64,000 bases of DNA from Octopus vulgaris. Its lineage: Eukaryota. A program made the position numbers and the translations under genes. Below the pieces are notes generated by a model. The model saw nothing but the letters and a program-made list of their open reading frames with translations, did not search any database and was not told the DNA's origin. Within the stretch, counting starts at the first letter, position 1, and every line of letters starts with the position of its first letter. The stretch spans positions 197,842,001-197,906,000 of the forward strand of contig OX597815.1 in assembly GCA_951406725.2 (NCBI GenBank), read 5' to 3'. Of the stretch, positions 26,800 through 40,965 are shown piece after piece.

Positions 26800-27497
26800 A
26801 CAATATTTTATATTGCATGATATTCGATAAAACTGTATATGTCATATGATATTCACATCCATGCTAATGATCACTCCGAGTTTATTTCTGAATTTTGTTT
26901 ATTGAAGGTCTTAAATATGTTTGAGATCAGGTTGGACAAAAGTATTACTAATAACGCCTACTGACGCGGAAACCCGTATGCACTATTGCACTCTAAGACC
27001 GGTTCTACGTTCTGAATTGAACGGTTCTGTTTTATAGAATATCAAATTTGGAGAATATATTTGAATTGCGAGATTATCACCGTTTCATACGAAGCTGCAG
27101 TATTGTCATTTGAAAATTTATGGGACATTCTCCAATCTTAAATATTTATATTGTATGTTATTTAATATAATTGTATATTAAACAGAAACACACACAAACA
27201 CACACACGCTTACACACGCATTCACACTAAAAACAGACATACATTTACAGGTGTGTACATATATAAATATATGTGTGTGTGCATACAAAATAGTACCATT
27301 AAATGCGAACACACACGAACATATATGTAGGCATGTGCATTCCTATGGATCAGTATTTGTGACTGTTCCCGATTCTGTTTACAAATCCATAACAATATAT
27401 TGCTGTTTAAATCGTGGCATTGTTGATGTGGAAAATGCATATTCCAAGGTGAAAAAAAAATCACGTCACATTCATTCAAAAACTGTAGAGCATATTA

Positions 27498-27539
27498 TGG
27501 TTGTTGTTGTTGTTGTTGATATCATCATCATCATCATCA

Positions 27540-27632
<93 letters not shown>

Positions 27633-27711
27633 TTGTTACTATTATCTTCATCATTATTAAATTTATTTATATTTTTGTTATTGCAATTATTAATTTCACA
27701 ATGTTGATGAC

Positions 27712-27782
<71 letters not shown>

Positions 27783-27850
27783 TAATAATAATAATAATGA
27801 TAATAATAATAATAATAACGATAGAAATATAATGATAATAATAAGAACAT
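27498..27850. repeat. Compound trinucleotide array (GTT)(CAT)(ATT) then (AAT)
   Basis: Directly visible. Confidence 0.95.
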
Positions 27851-28338
27851 CAGCATAAAATAACAATTATAAAGAAGTAACTATAATACCAATAAAAAGT
27901 AACAATAATAAAACAGACAATAGGATGAAAGCAATACAGGTTATATTATTACGCTAATGGATGATGCGCTTAAAATAGCATTAAATTCTTGGCAGTAATT
28001 GATCTTGTTTAAGGGTAACACAAAAGGAATATTTTCAATACCTGAGCAACGATGAAAAACAGGTTAACGTATATAGTATTTGATGAACGAGAATAAATAT
28101 CGACGGCATATGAAGGTTGAATACTTAAAAAGAATAATCATTATGTTATTCACTTACGAACACGCACACAAAGCGGTCTGATATAAACACATACAGAAAC
28201 ACACACATATCTATGCATGTATGGATGCATGTACAAATATACACATTTGCATGTGTGTACGTATGTATTTATTGCATAAGTATACATATATATAAATATA
28301 TATATATATAGATCCATATAAATATGACAATATATAAG

Positions 28339-28399
<61 letters not shown>

Positions 28400-28779
28400 T
28401 TCATACATACATGCATGCATACATATATACACATATATGATGCACAGGCAACGTTTATTTCCAACCATGTGGTAGAAAAGCTTGCATACGTAAAGAATAT
28501 ATATATATATACAAAATATAAATTTAATTAACTAAGCATTTTATATAATGGAAAAAAATTATACGATAAAAAGTAGTGAAATGGATCATATAGGAAAAAA
28601 ATATTAATGTATAACGGGACGTAATATTTAAAGGGAAAACAAACATTTGAAGTTGTAAAATTTAAAGCTTGGAAGTAAAAAAATAATATTAATATATAAA
28701 TTTTCATATTTTCGCAATTCGACGATCAACGAAGCCAATGATGTGGTGATGCTGATTATCATTATAGGTTAAAAACCAG

Positions 28780-28850
28780 CATATTATTATTATTATTGTT
28801 ATTATTATTATTATTATTTTTATTGTTATTATCATTATTATTATTATTAC

Positions 28851-28934
<84 letters not shown>

Positions 28935-29110
28935 TATTATTATTTATTATTATTATTATTTTTATCATTATTATTATTATTATTAGTGGTGTTAAATATT
29001 AACTTTTAATAATAATGATAATGATAATAATAATAATGATAATAATAACAACAACAATAACAACAACAATAATAATAATGATGATGATGATGATGATGGT
29101 GATGATAATC
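28780..29110. repeat. Compound trinucleotide array (ATT)n then (AAT/AAC/GAT)n
   Basis: Directly visible. Confidence 0.95.
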
Positions 29111-29904
29111 TCAAGAGCATAACAATGAATATTTCGTTTTAAGGTTCTGAGGCTACAACTACTCCTAAATACACGTCTGTTATAAATCTAACACATTTAA
29201 ACAGAACATTCGAGAAATAACCTAAACTTTAATAAAAATATTACTTATGATATTAATATCAATAATATTGAAGAAGTAATGGCAACAACTATAATAAAAA
29301 AATGCAATAGTAATAACAATGAAGATAGCGATGATAATGAGATTATGGTGATGATGATTATGATGAGGATGATCGTCTTCGGGGCCACGACTACTGCAAA
29401 TGAGGAAGATGCTGCTGCTGAAATTAATAATTTATTTCCTACTTTGGCACTAGACAAGCAATTTTGTTCGAAGTGGCCGTCTATTAGATGGCTACCCGTT
29501 CTTACCCGGTACGCATTTTATCCACCTGGAGGACATTAAAGGGAAAGTCCTCCTCGGCATTATTTCAAGTTTGAACGTAAAATGCCGGAAGAAAAATTGC
29601 TAACGAAATTATCCGACGGCCTAACGCATCCAGCGTCTCCCTAGTATAATAGATGATGACGACGAAGATGACGATGTGGCTTCCGCTGATGATGGTAATG
29701 ACGATTTCGTTTTAGTTAATCGCTGACTCGTCAGTTGGACACGAAGAATTGACTTGTAAACTATATTATTAACTCAGATAAATGGAAAGCACTGTTGACT
29801 TCGTTGATATTTGAACTCAATGTATATGAATGCAGAAGAAATGCCACAATGAATTTTGCGATGTCCTTACAATACATGCCTCCAAAATAATAGTAATAAT
29901 AATG

Positions 29905-29936
<32 letters not shown>

Positions 29937-29976
29937 CACAACAACAACAAAAATAATAATAATGATGATAATAATA

Positions 29977-30033
<57 letters not shown>

Positions 30034-30930
30034 GCAACGAACCATGATAAAACGATGGCAAGAAAAGCCCCTTCATGGTAAATACTGGACTAAACTAAAC
30101 GCAAAAGAAATAGACAAAGAAAAATCCCAGCAATGGTTGAGAAGCTCAGGACTCAAAGCAGAAACAGAGGGATTTTTAATTGCAGCACAAGACCAAAGCC
30201 TCCCCACCAGAAATTACCAAAGACATGTAATGAAAAGAAATATTACAAGTAACTGCAGAATATGTGGAGATGGACAAGAAACAATAAATCATATTATCTC
30301 TAGCTGCCCAGTCCTGGCTAAGAAGGAATATATTCACAGACATGACAGAGTTGGAACTTACATACATTGGAAGCTATGCCAACATTATGGAATAACAACA
30401 GAAAAAAGATGGTATAGGCACACACCAGAAAAGGTCACAGAAAACGAGAAAGCAACCATACTCTGGGATATGCCGATACACACAGTTAGAGGAATTAAGG
30501 ACAACAGACCAGATATAGTTGTCAGAAGACCATGAAGAAAAAAAATGCTTTCTAATTGATGTATCAGTACCGGCAGATGACAACGTGTCTCTAAAAGAAA
30601 TGGAGAAACTCTCAAAATACAAAGACCTGGAAATAGAGGTAACTAGAATGTGGAATCTGAAAACAGAAACAATTCCTATCATAGTAGGTGCATTAGGCAT
30701 GATAAAAAAATATTCAGACAAATACATAACAAAAACACCAGGACTTACAAACACATATAACATACAGAAAATTGCACTACTAGGCACTGCACACATCCTA
30801 CGCAGAACACTTTCCATACAATAACCATCAGAGCATCACAACAAATCACAGCACATACCCAAGGCACACAGAGCTGCGCTCGGTAGTGAAGTGAAAGCAC
30901 GCTATAAAAATAAAAATAAAACTACTGAAT
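30034..30930 (+). mobile_element. 5'-truncated R4/Dong-like non-LTR retrotransposon (CCHC knuckle plus restriction-like endonuclease) within (TAA)n
   Basis: ORFs 30044-30535 and 30519-30824 join through one frameshift: WQEKPLHG, AETEGFLIAAQDQ, CRICG..ETINHIISSC, RHD, RPDIVV..IDVSVP..EKLSKY, PIIVGALG; about 100-bp 3'UTR; (TAA)n on both sides. Confidence 0.92.
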
Positions 30931-30951
30931 AATAATAATAATAATAATAAT

Positions 30952-31657
<706 letters not shown>

Positions 31658-31659
31658 AA

Positions 31660-31815
31660 TGTATCATAAAAACTTTGAGACAAATACATGAGAAAAACAC
31701 CAGGACCTGCATGCACATATAACATACAGAATATAAAACTAGTGGGGACCGCACACATCCTACGTAAAACAGTTTCAATGCATTGAAAATTAGAGCACCA
31801 CAAAATACAACGGCA
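31660..31815 (+). mobile_element. Older short 3' fragment related to the R4/Dong-like element at 30034
   Basis: GACAAATACAT..AAAAACACCAGGAC..CACATATAACATACAGAA..GCACACATCCTACG parallels 30717-30803. Confidence 0.8.
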
Positions 31816-32089
31816 CACAGATATAAATCTACATACATACATACATAGCCGCAAGTGTGGCTATATGGTTTCAGTCCCACTACGTGGCACCTTGCGCAAG
31901 TGTCCATTACTATAGCCTCAATTTCCATAAAGAATATCGTCTTTAAATCAAAAAATAGGTTACTGATTGCACAGACATAGGACTATTCATAAAAGCAATA
32001 TTAACAAACTGATGAACAATATTATCGAGCGGACAAACCTTGTAGTGCGAAATCCTGAGCTGTGATCATATTCTTTTACTTGTTTCAGT

Positions 32090-32224
32090 CAGTTGACTAC
32101 GGCCATGCTGGAGCACTGCCTTTATTCGAAAACATCGAACCCAGGACTCTATTCTTCCTAAGTTGGTTGGGGAGAAACACAGACACACATTCACACACCC
32201 AAATATATACATACATACAGGCAT

Positions 32225-32281
<57 letters not shown>

Positions 32282-32415
32282 GCACGGGTTTCAGTTTCCA
32301 TCTCACAGTTCCACTCACAAGGCTTTGGTCAAACCGATGCTAGAGTAGAAGACACTGGCCTAAGGTGCGTCGCAATGAGACCGTGCTTGAGAAGCAAGTT
32401 TCTTACCATAGAGCC
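32090..32415 (-). mobile_element. SINE family A, deleted copy
   Basis: TTCTTTTACTTGTTTCAGTCA..GGCCATGCTGGAGCAC..CCACTCACAAGGCTTTGGTC. Confidence 0.8.
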
Positions 32416-33289
32416 CCTTCTGACGATTCATTTTCATACAGGTGACTTACATTCCTCAGTCAACCAGCATAACTGAAATTCGGTCATCCATGTCAGAGAT
32501 GACCGTATGCTTTCGATATCAGAAAGTGTATGCACAAGTGAGTGCCTTGCTTGTTTACAACTGATTTGAAGGAAAGAGCTGACGAAAGTTGTTGTTATCT
32601 AGAGGGTGCAAATTGATGCTAATAAATTCAATCCGTTCTGATTTTGCGGAGTTGTAAATGATATTCTAAAGTTCAATTAAAAAATCGATTAAAACCTTAA
32701 AACCATACACAAACGAAATAAAAATCCGTAAGAATCTTGCAACAACAAATTTATGCAATTGTCAGCGAACAAGTCAAATGGAAATAAGGTTGATCAAAAG
32801 GACCCTGTTCAGACTACCTCCCTGATTTGGCGCACTCTCCATTTCACATGTTCACACAAATAAATAACAATCAGCGGGAGCAAAGATTTGTTCAACCCAA
32901 AAATAGGAAAGTCAATATGTTAAACAGTGCATAAATGAATACTCTCAAGGTCAGTCGCAGGGTTCGGTTGGAACAATAGTCAAATGCAAATAATTGCATG
33001 GAAACAACGCTTAAGACAACATGCCTGTGGAGGGAAAAAAGGCCTTATAGATTAGGCAACCTATATCAGCTAACGAGAGTTATGCCTACGTTGCATGACT
33101 GTCAACACAAGATACACACACACACACATGCATATATAGATAGAGTGTTACATAGATTGATATATATATATATATATAAGATCAGCAACAATTTAGATTC
33201 AGATGAATATGGTACTTAATTTTGATGCACCAGAATTTTGTATGGTGTTACCTATAAAAATATGCGGGGTGACTATAATCAAAAATAAA

Positions 33290-33520
33290 GGCGGATAGCT
33301 GGCAGAAACGTTAGCACTCCGGGCGAAATGCATAGCCGTACTTCGTCTGCCGTTACGTTCTGAGTTCAAATTCCACCGAAGTCGACTTTGCCTTTCATCC
33401 TTTCGGGGTCGATAAATTAAGTACCAGTTACGCACTGAGGTCGATGGAATCGACTTAATCACTTTGTCTGTCCTTGTTTGTCCCCTCTGTGTTTAGCCCC
33501 TTGTGGGTAGTAAAGAAATA
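33290..33520 (+). mobile_element. SINE family B with 15-bp target-site duplication
   Basis: TATAATCAAAAATAA at 33274-33288 and 33521-33535. Confidence 0.92.
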
Positions 33521-33555
33521 TATAATCAAAAATAAGCAACAAGAATGAATCCGGT

Positions 33556-33646
33556 AATTTAGTACAATTGTTTCATACTACAACATTTTATTAAAAGCTG
33601 TAAATATTACAGCAGATTTAAGATGCTGAGTAATCTTCAGCTAATT
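33556..33646 (-). ncRNA. Minimal type-I hammerhead ribozyme motif
   Basis: Reverse complement AATTAG-CTGAAGA-TTACTCAGCAT..ATGTTGTAGTAT-GAAA-CAATTG-TA-CTAAATT. Confidence 0.78.
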
Positions 33647-34462
33647 TATATAGGTTTTCCAATAATATAAAAGTTTTCAAATCAAGTAATAACATCTTAT
33701 GGAAGGTAAATATAGAGATAAAGATGTAGATATGAATCTTAGGAACATGAAGTCGTGTGGTTCAGATGCTAACTGACCAAAACTTTGTTTATAACTGACT
33801 GCTGTAAGAAAATTTCTTTAGTTATAAGGATTAAGGTAAGGGAAGGTAAAGAATTCAAGTTAGTTGTAGAAAGAGGAGGAAAGTCAGGATACATAAAGGA
33901 GGTTCAGGTTGTCACTAGAACAGAAAGTCAATTTATCTATGTGGTGACAAGAAAATTAGGTCAGTGTAGAGTGTTCATTAAATTCTTAGGAACATGAGAT
34001 TGTAGATCAGATACTAACTGACCAAAACCCTACTCACAACTGAAAGCTATAAGAATTTTTTTAGTTATAGGAATTTGGGTAAGGGAAGGTATTAGAATAC
34101 CGTAAAAGGGATTTAAGTTTGTTGCAGAAAAAGGAGGAATTCAGAATACATAAAGGGAATTCAGGTTGTCATTATAACAAAAAGACAGTTTTTCTATGTG
34201 GTGAGTGGAAAAACTAGGTCAATGTCGATAGGTCAATAAATTCTTTTACAATAATTTATTTACCTTCCCTTACCTTAATCCTTATAACTAAAGAAATTTT
34301 CTTACAGCAGTCAGTTATAAGCAAAGTTTTGGTCAGTTAGCATCTGAACCACACGACCTCATGTTCCTAAGATTCATATCTACATCTTTATCTGTATATC
34401 TACCTTCCCTAAGATGTTATTAATTTATTTGAAAACTTTTATATTATTGGAAAACCTTTATA

Positions 34463-34553
34463 AATTAGCTGAAGATTAGTCAGCATCTTGAATCTGCTGT
34501 AATATTTACAGCTTTTAATAAAATGTTGTAGTATGAAACAATTGTACTAAATT
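34463..34553 (+). ncRNA. Minimal type-I hammerhead ribozyme motif
   Basis: AATTAG-CTGAAGA(34469-75)..CAGCAT/ATGTTG..GAAA(34535-38)-CAATTG-TA-CTAAATT. Confidence 0.75.
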
Positions 34554-34604
34554 ACCGGATTCATTCTTGTTGCTTATTTTTGTGTGTGTATATATATATA
34601 TATA

Positions 34605-35775
34605 CAGGGTGCGTCAGGTATTTGAGGGCATACAATTTTTTGCGTCATTGCTCCATTTTTTGATAATTTTGTAGAATCTTTGTTTCAGAAAATGATAATG
34701 GTAGACCTTCATCTTACGCAAGAAATGAAGAAGAATGCTGTTATTGTGGTTATAAAGCCTGAGCATTGCGATTTAGAAATATCTCGATTTTTAAATGTTG
34801 CCAGGTATTTCGTCTCCAAAGTTTGTAAGGAGTTAGAGACTGAAAATGGAAGCGTATCACCAGTATCAAAGCATAAAAAGCATTCTAAACGCTCTGAAAC
34901 CATCCGAACACTTGAATTAATCAAGTAAGTTCAACAGATCATTGATTACAATCCTAGAAAATCCATGAGGTTAATTGCATGTGTCAGAAGGAACAGTCAG
35001 AAATGTTGTACACGAAGACATCAGATATATGTCTTATATGATGAGGAAAATGTCAATATGTCAGAAAAAGCTAAAGAAAGTCACAACATAAAATCTAAAA
35101 GGATCTTAAAGAAACTGAAAAATCCAACAGAAGGAGATTTGATTTCGATTTTCTCAAACAAGAGAAACTTCGACGAAGATCAAAAAGGGAAAATAAGAAA
35201 TAACAGATGGTTATGTGCAGAACCTTCTATAGATCCAAGTGTTCTGCATAGGAAATTTCTGCAACTGTCATTGTTTTAAAGCTTGTGAGCAATGAAGGAC
35301 ATGTGATGCCGCCTTACTTCTTTGCACAAGTCCTTAGAGTTAACTCTGTCGCCTACACTGAAGTCCTGGAAACAATTGTGAAACCCTGGATAGTCAGTGT
35401 ATGCAAAGGAAGGCCATATGTCTCAGTAAAACTTTACTATCAAACATGTCTCTAGTAACACAGGAATCGATGGCTGAAAATTTTCACGATCACATAATCT
35501 CTAACATTTAGTCTCCTAAATCCCCCGATCTTAATTCATTGGACTATTACATGTGTATCGTTGTTGAGAGAGAGGGCAATGAACACGCCCATAGCACCAA
35601 AGATTTGTTGAAAGCGTAATGCCCAAAATGAGCCCGGACTACTTAATTCGAAGATGATTTGGAACACATACAGAAGCAGTTATTGAAGCTGAAAGTGGCT
35701 TTATCGAATAATATTATAGTAAAGGTCTATTTTTATCCTCATAGCATTTTTTGATAAAGATATCTATTATTACAG
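34605..35775 (+). pseudogene. Decayed Tc1/mariner (DD37D/maT-like) transposon
   Basis: Begins TA|CAGGGTG; HTH-like ORF 34680-34928; FSNKRNF..RNNRWL; VSNEGHVMPPYFF; VLETIVKPWI..GRPYV; SPDLNSLDYY. Confidence 0.88.
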
Positions 35776-35807
35776 ATATATATATTTTATAAATATAAAT
35801 CTCTCGT

Positions 35808-35808
35808 C

Positions 35809-35839
<31 letters not shown>

Positions 35840-35932
35840 TGTACATATCTATATATCTATAAATGTCTCTATATATACATAAATGCATACATATATATAT
35901 ATGTATATATATGTGTGTGTGTGTGTGAATTG

Positions 35933-35971
<39 letters not shown>

Positions 35972-35983
35972 TATATACACAAT

Positions 35984-36014
<31 letters not shown>

Positions 36015-36119
36015 CATACACACACGCATATATATATGTGAATATATTTATAGTGATATATGTACATATATGTGTGTGTATTGACATGTTTGTACGTATG
36101 TATATATATATATCAATAT

Positions 36120-36163
<44 letters not shown>

Positions 36164-36220
36164 GTTTATATATATATATATATATATTTATTTATTTGTA
36201 TATAAATATATGTATATGTA
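35808..36220. repeat. (TA)n-rich microsatellite cluster
   Basis: Directly visible. Confidence 0.95.
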
Positions 36221-37239
36221 ACATATACATTGATGCACAAACATAGATACATATATATGTGAGAGTGTGTGCGTAGTCATGTATAAATATATAGTTGTGT
36301 GCTTTGCTATATGTGTGGAAGCAATATTGACTTTACTTTAGAGACTGCCGAACAGAAGCCTTTGATATGTTTGCTGACACATTTTGCACAAAGCGATAGA
36401 TTCAGTGCAAATCAATTTTTATAGAAAGCCTAGAATCTGTACTGATTTCAGGGATTAATCACTTGATCGACTACACGATTGAAAGAATCATTATGGGATG
36501 ACTGCTTCTAAATCTGAAAACCTCAATTTTATTTGCATTGAAGCTCTTTCATTTACAGTAACGATCGTCGTCATATTTTATTCATATTCCACTTGGATTT
36601 AGCGCTTCTGTAGTATTATTGATTTCACTATTAATAATACTAAAACTATTAAAAAAAGTATCGTAATTATTTATAATCTTATTGCTATGAGTATTTTAGA
36701 AATGAGAATAATGAAATTAAATTTAACAGTGATGATACTATTCGTACAATCGTCATCATTATCACTATATTGGAAAACAACTACTTCGATTAATATAATC
36801 TATTTGTAGATTGTTATCACCATATCTATGTTTGATCGCTTGTATACTGCAATGACTCCTATCGGTTTATCTTGCCTCGTATATTTTCTCTATATGGAGC
36901 CAGAAAATTATTCATTACTTGTTTGTGTGGATTAAGGAAATCATCCTGGTTTGTCTTTTATTATAGTGTATCAACTCAAACATATACGTAGTTACTCATA
37001 GACACACACATCTATTCTCTCTTAGGAAACAAACTGTAGTAGCTCGCTCACACCTACGTAAATATACGCATACACACTCAAGAGCATGCATGTAAGTGCA
37101 TATATAAATAAATACGTTTTACTTACATATATGTATATATGATTGTGTGTGTGTGTATGTATATGCGTGTATAACGTATGCGTTTGTATGCATTTATATA
37201 TATATATATGAGACATAATGTATGTATATGTATATTGTT

Positions 37240-37523
37240 TATTCCTTCTCGAGCCACGCCTGGCTCATAAAGGCTGGTTCCCGGTGTCATTGACGTATAG
37301 GTTCTCCCCATGGAGAGGACGCCAGCACGTTGCAGGTGAGCTGCAAGAGGGGAAAGAGTGAGAGAAAGTTGTGGCGAAAGAGTCAGCAGCAGTTCGCCAT
37401 TACCTTCTGCTAGAGCCGCGTGAAACTTATGTGTTTCGCTCTTAAACACACGCATTCTGAGATTCGAACCCGCAATCCCTCGACCGCTAGTCCGCTGCTC
37501 TAAGCACTACGCCATGTGCCTCC
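37240..37523 (-). mobile_element. SINE family C
   Basis: Reverse complement GGAGGCACATGGCGTAGTGCTTAGAGCAGCGGACTAGCGGTCGAGGGATTGCGGGTTCGAATCTC. Confidence 0.85.
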
Positions 37524-37533
37524 ACATTCATAC

Positions 37534-37588
<55 letters not shown>

Positions 37589-38277
37589 TTTGTATTTATG
37601 TACTTATGCATGTGTGCTTATGGATGGATATGTTTATTAAGTTTCATATCTGACATGAACAAGTACAAATTTATAACATCGTATTTATGTCTTGTTAGCT
37701 GGATCAGTCCTGAATAGCGTGACCTAGGTACTATAGACGAGAAACCATTGATACATCCTGACGTAACCTTCAACGTAGCATGACGCTTAGAAAAATTAAA
37801 ACCGTTTAAAAATATACGCCAATAACAACGCATAGCTCATCTTATACGTCTTTATTACATATATACTCTCTTTCTCTCGTCCACTTTCTTTCCCAACCAC
37901 ACAGAAAGGAAGATACATATCCACAGAGATGTTCCAAACGGAATAGTCTGTAATGGTGAGTTATTTTTTAATTGTAGCTTTAGGGCAAAATTATTTACGG
38001 AATTTCTGTCGTTTCATCTTACAAATTCACGAAAATGAAAGAAAGCAGGAGAAAATCTAAATTGGTGTAAATTCAGAGTTACAGTGAAAAACTTTTAGCT
38101 GTTAACGTAGAATAGTAAACACCAATATAAATATATAATATATACAGCGATACACACATTTATGTATATATGAATATATGGATACCTACACTCAGAGACA
38201 CACACATATACACACCTATCTATAAGCATATACATTCCTATATATGCATGCATACAAATATATGTATATATACATAA

Positions 38278-38344
<67 letters not shown>

Positions 38345-38787
38345 GTGTGTGTGAATGTATGCGTGTATGTATGTGTGTGTATAAATAACTATACATATAC
38401 ATGTCTAAATTTTATGTCAATATTTTAATGATATAGTTTATGAGTGACTTTAGCTTGTACAAGTAGAAATCTTTATACAAATTAATTATAATAGGGCTTA
38501 AAAAGATGTCTTTCTTCTCTGTATACCAGTTAAATCTTGAGGAATTGGCATTACGTATGAAGTTTTGAGACTTTCGAGACTGGTAAGCAAGTTACGTTTT
38601 AACAAAGAGAATTGTCCATTGGCTAGATCTTCTAGTGAGAAAACACTTAGCAAGAAAAGGGCAACAAAAACGATTTATTGTCTGCTACCCAGACAAATAG
38701 TGCTGTACTAAGCTAAATTGTGTACGCTGATTCTGAATCTACTGTAGCACGTCAGGATTTTCAGTTATGCGCTTAATTATATATTAA

Positions 38788-39183
38788 TCTCTCTATATAT
38801 AAAGCAAAAGTTGTCTGTGTATGGCAGGTTTGGTAGCCATCAACTAACACTATCTCCTCCGAGACCCTGCAAGGCAAGTTGACCAAAATTGAGAGTATGA
38901 TAGAAGAAGACTTGTTCTTCCTTCCGTAGAAGAAAAAATTCAAATCGGACCATGTTAACACCAAAAATTATTTACATCAAAAAGGTGCTTTTTTTTCTAT
39001 GAAAATCCCTTTTTTTTTTTAGATGTTTTGACTGCTGTGTCGCCATTTTTCGGTGTATTTCAACCAGAAAATTGTTCACTTAAAGGGAATAACAAGCTAC
39101 ATAATGCAAAATTTTTACTTTTCAAACACTCCAATTCTAAAGAGTCGAAACAAACCCGAGCAACGCCGGACGATACTAGAAGT
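38788..39183 (+). mobile_element. Non-autonomous Helitron-like element nested in the Chapaev3 element
   Basis: 5' A|TCTCTCTATATATAAAG; 3' GC hairpin CCCGAGCAACGCCGG followed by CTAG (39176-79). Confidence 0.7.
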
Positions 39184-39350
39184 ATTATATTAGAATCAGG
39201 CATATTTAAGTTCATAGTAAATAATTATTATAATAGTAGATTAATACTGTATATAGTAAATTTATTTTCAAGGCAAATAATATTATAATACAATTGTACA
39301 TAGTATATTTATATTAAAGCAATACTCACTTTATTTTTGATATGCTCATT

Positions 39351-40965
39351 TCAGAAAAGTTTGAGACACTTGCTCTTGTGCTTATGTGTCGCGCTGATCA
39401 CCCGTTGTAGGAACAAGCAATAGTCATCCATCATGTGTGGATGGAATCGGCTTTGATACCTCGTTTCCGTTTCAGATATTTCCTAGTGGAACCTATCACC
39501 ATGCTCATAAATAAGGTCACCAAAATCCGTTCGGAAAAATCGAAATGAGAATGCAAGAAGTGCATTTTAATGGAATTCGGCATCCCATTATTTCGTACGC
39601 TGTTACCACCTTGTTTATTAAATCAGCATAGTTTTCAACTCTATAATTTCCCAAAAAGATCCGTACAATTAACACAAATGAATCCCATGCCGTCAGCTCA
39701 GCTGGATTCAGTTTACCTCCGAATTTGCTATCCAATGAAAATGCCTTTCAGTTTTGCGTCACTTTTCTCAGGACTAAAATTTACTTTTGGATACTGGAAT
39801 CCACAAACATCGAGTGTCATTGCTTTTACGAAATTTTTCATGAGGCCGAGTTTGATGTGAATGGGTCGAAGGAAGATCTTTTGCGGGTCTACCATTAGCA
39901 TATGCAGCACATTGTACCGACCAACTATGCGTTCATCTCTTTTAGGCCAGTCTTTTACAGTGTAATGATTGCTGTCGTCAGGGCTGTTCCAAACACACAA
40001 GAAGTACATATCTTTGGTATATTCCAACTGCAGTCCAATGAGGAGCGAATCACATTTAAACCACCACAAATATTCCAATCATGAACTAAGTAATTACCTC
40101 CTTTCAGAATGAGTTCCATCGATTCATAAGTTTCTTCTATACCGACGACAGGAATGGAAGGTTTTTCATAACTATTCCATACCCACAGAAATGGAAGGTT
40201 ATTCATTACTATTATGTGACAAGACAGCTTTGAGGCTAACGTTACTCGACTCCATAAACAATCTCCATTCGTTAGCCACATGCACGTGTCCTACTTTTTG
40301 CACGAGTGCATTAACGTCAGTATATTTTCGTATATATGTATATTTTCGTACCTTGCTGTAGTAGATTCCGTTGTTGAAATTTGGACCCGCAAACTTCTGC
40401 CCTCTACTTTGACAATGCTAGGTCTCTTACTAAATCGTTAACATCTTCTAGATGAAACTAACCTGGCTCATTTTTCTTAGAATCAACTACGCACTCTTCG
40501 TTGATAGGAGAGTCAGAGGGTTCATCGTGCGACGTTTCAAGATTTTCAAGTGAAGCATCTGAGAGGGAAACTGGGACAGGATTCTCGAAGTCGTATGGGA
40601 CCGGTTTTAGAGTCGACTTACAATTCTCATACGCAATTTTTGCTTTGGTCTTCTTTGAGAAAACACAAATATTAATCATGCAAAAATAACAATTAGAGAC
40701 ATGACTGGCTGGCTCACGCCATAACATTGGTACAGCAAAATACATTCTCTTCCGTTTTACATTCAGCGACTGTGTAAGCTCTGAGTAGCAGACGGTGCAG
40801 CATATATGAGGTGTCCTCCTCTTGTCTTGATCTCCAACTTTACACCCGAAATAATATTTATAGTCAGTTTTTAATTTGCTGAGAATGTTCTTCTGCTGGT
40901 CACGCGGATCAAATTTTTCGCAGACATATCAAAAATTTGTCTGGATTATACACACTCATATTCAT
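39351..40965 (-). pseudogene. Chapaev3-type transposase pseudogene
   Basis: YKYYFGCKVGDQDK..PHICCTVC; FAVPMLWREPASHVSNCYFC; HIKLGLMKNFVKA; KLKGIFIG; FLGN; EHGDRFH*EIS..ETRYQ..MMDDYC; several frameshifts. Confidence 0.88.

Larger units (their letters stand above)
33527..34582. mobile_element. Non-coding fold-back element: 324-bp inverted arms (33527-33850 / 34259-34582), each with a hammerhead; Penelope pLTR-like
   Basis: Arms align with about ten substitutions by eye; a diverged tandem unit of about 250 bp occupies about 33737-34244. Confidence 0.9.

Noticed and set aside
33737-34244. Repeated units as a possible CRISPR-like array
   Set aside because: Only two diverged units of about 250 bp with no repeat-spacer periodicity, in a eukaryotic context
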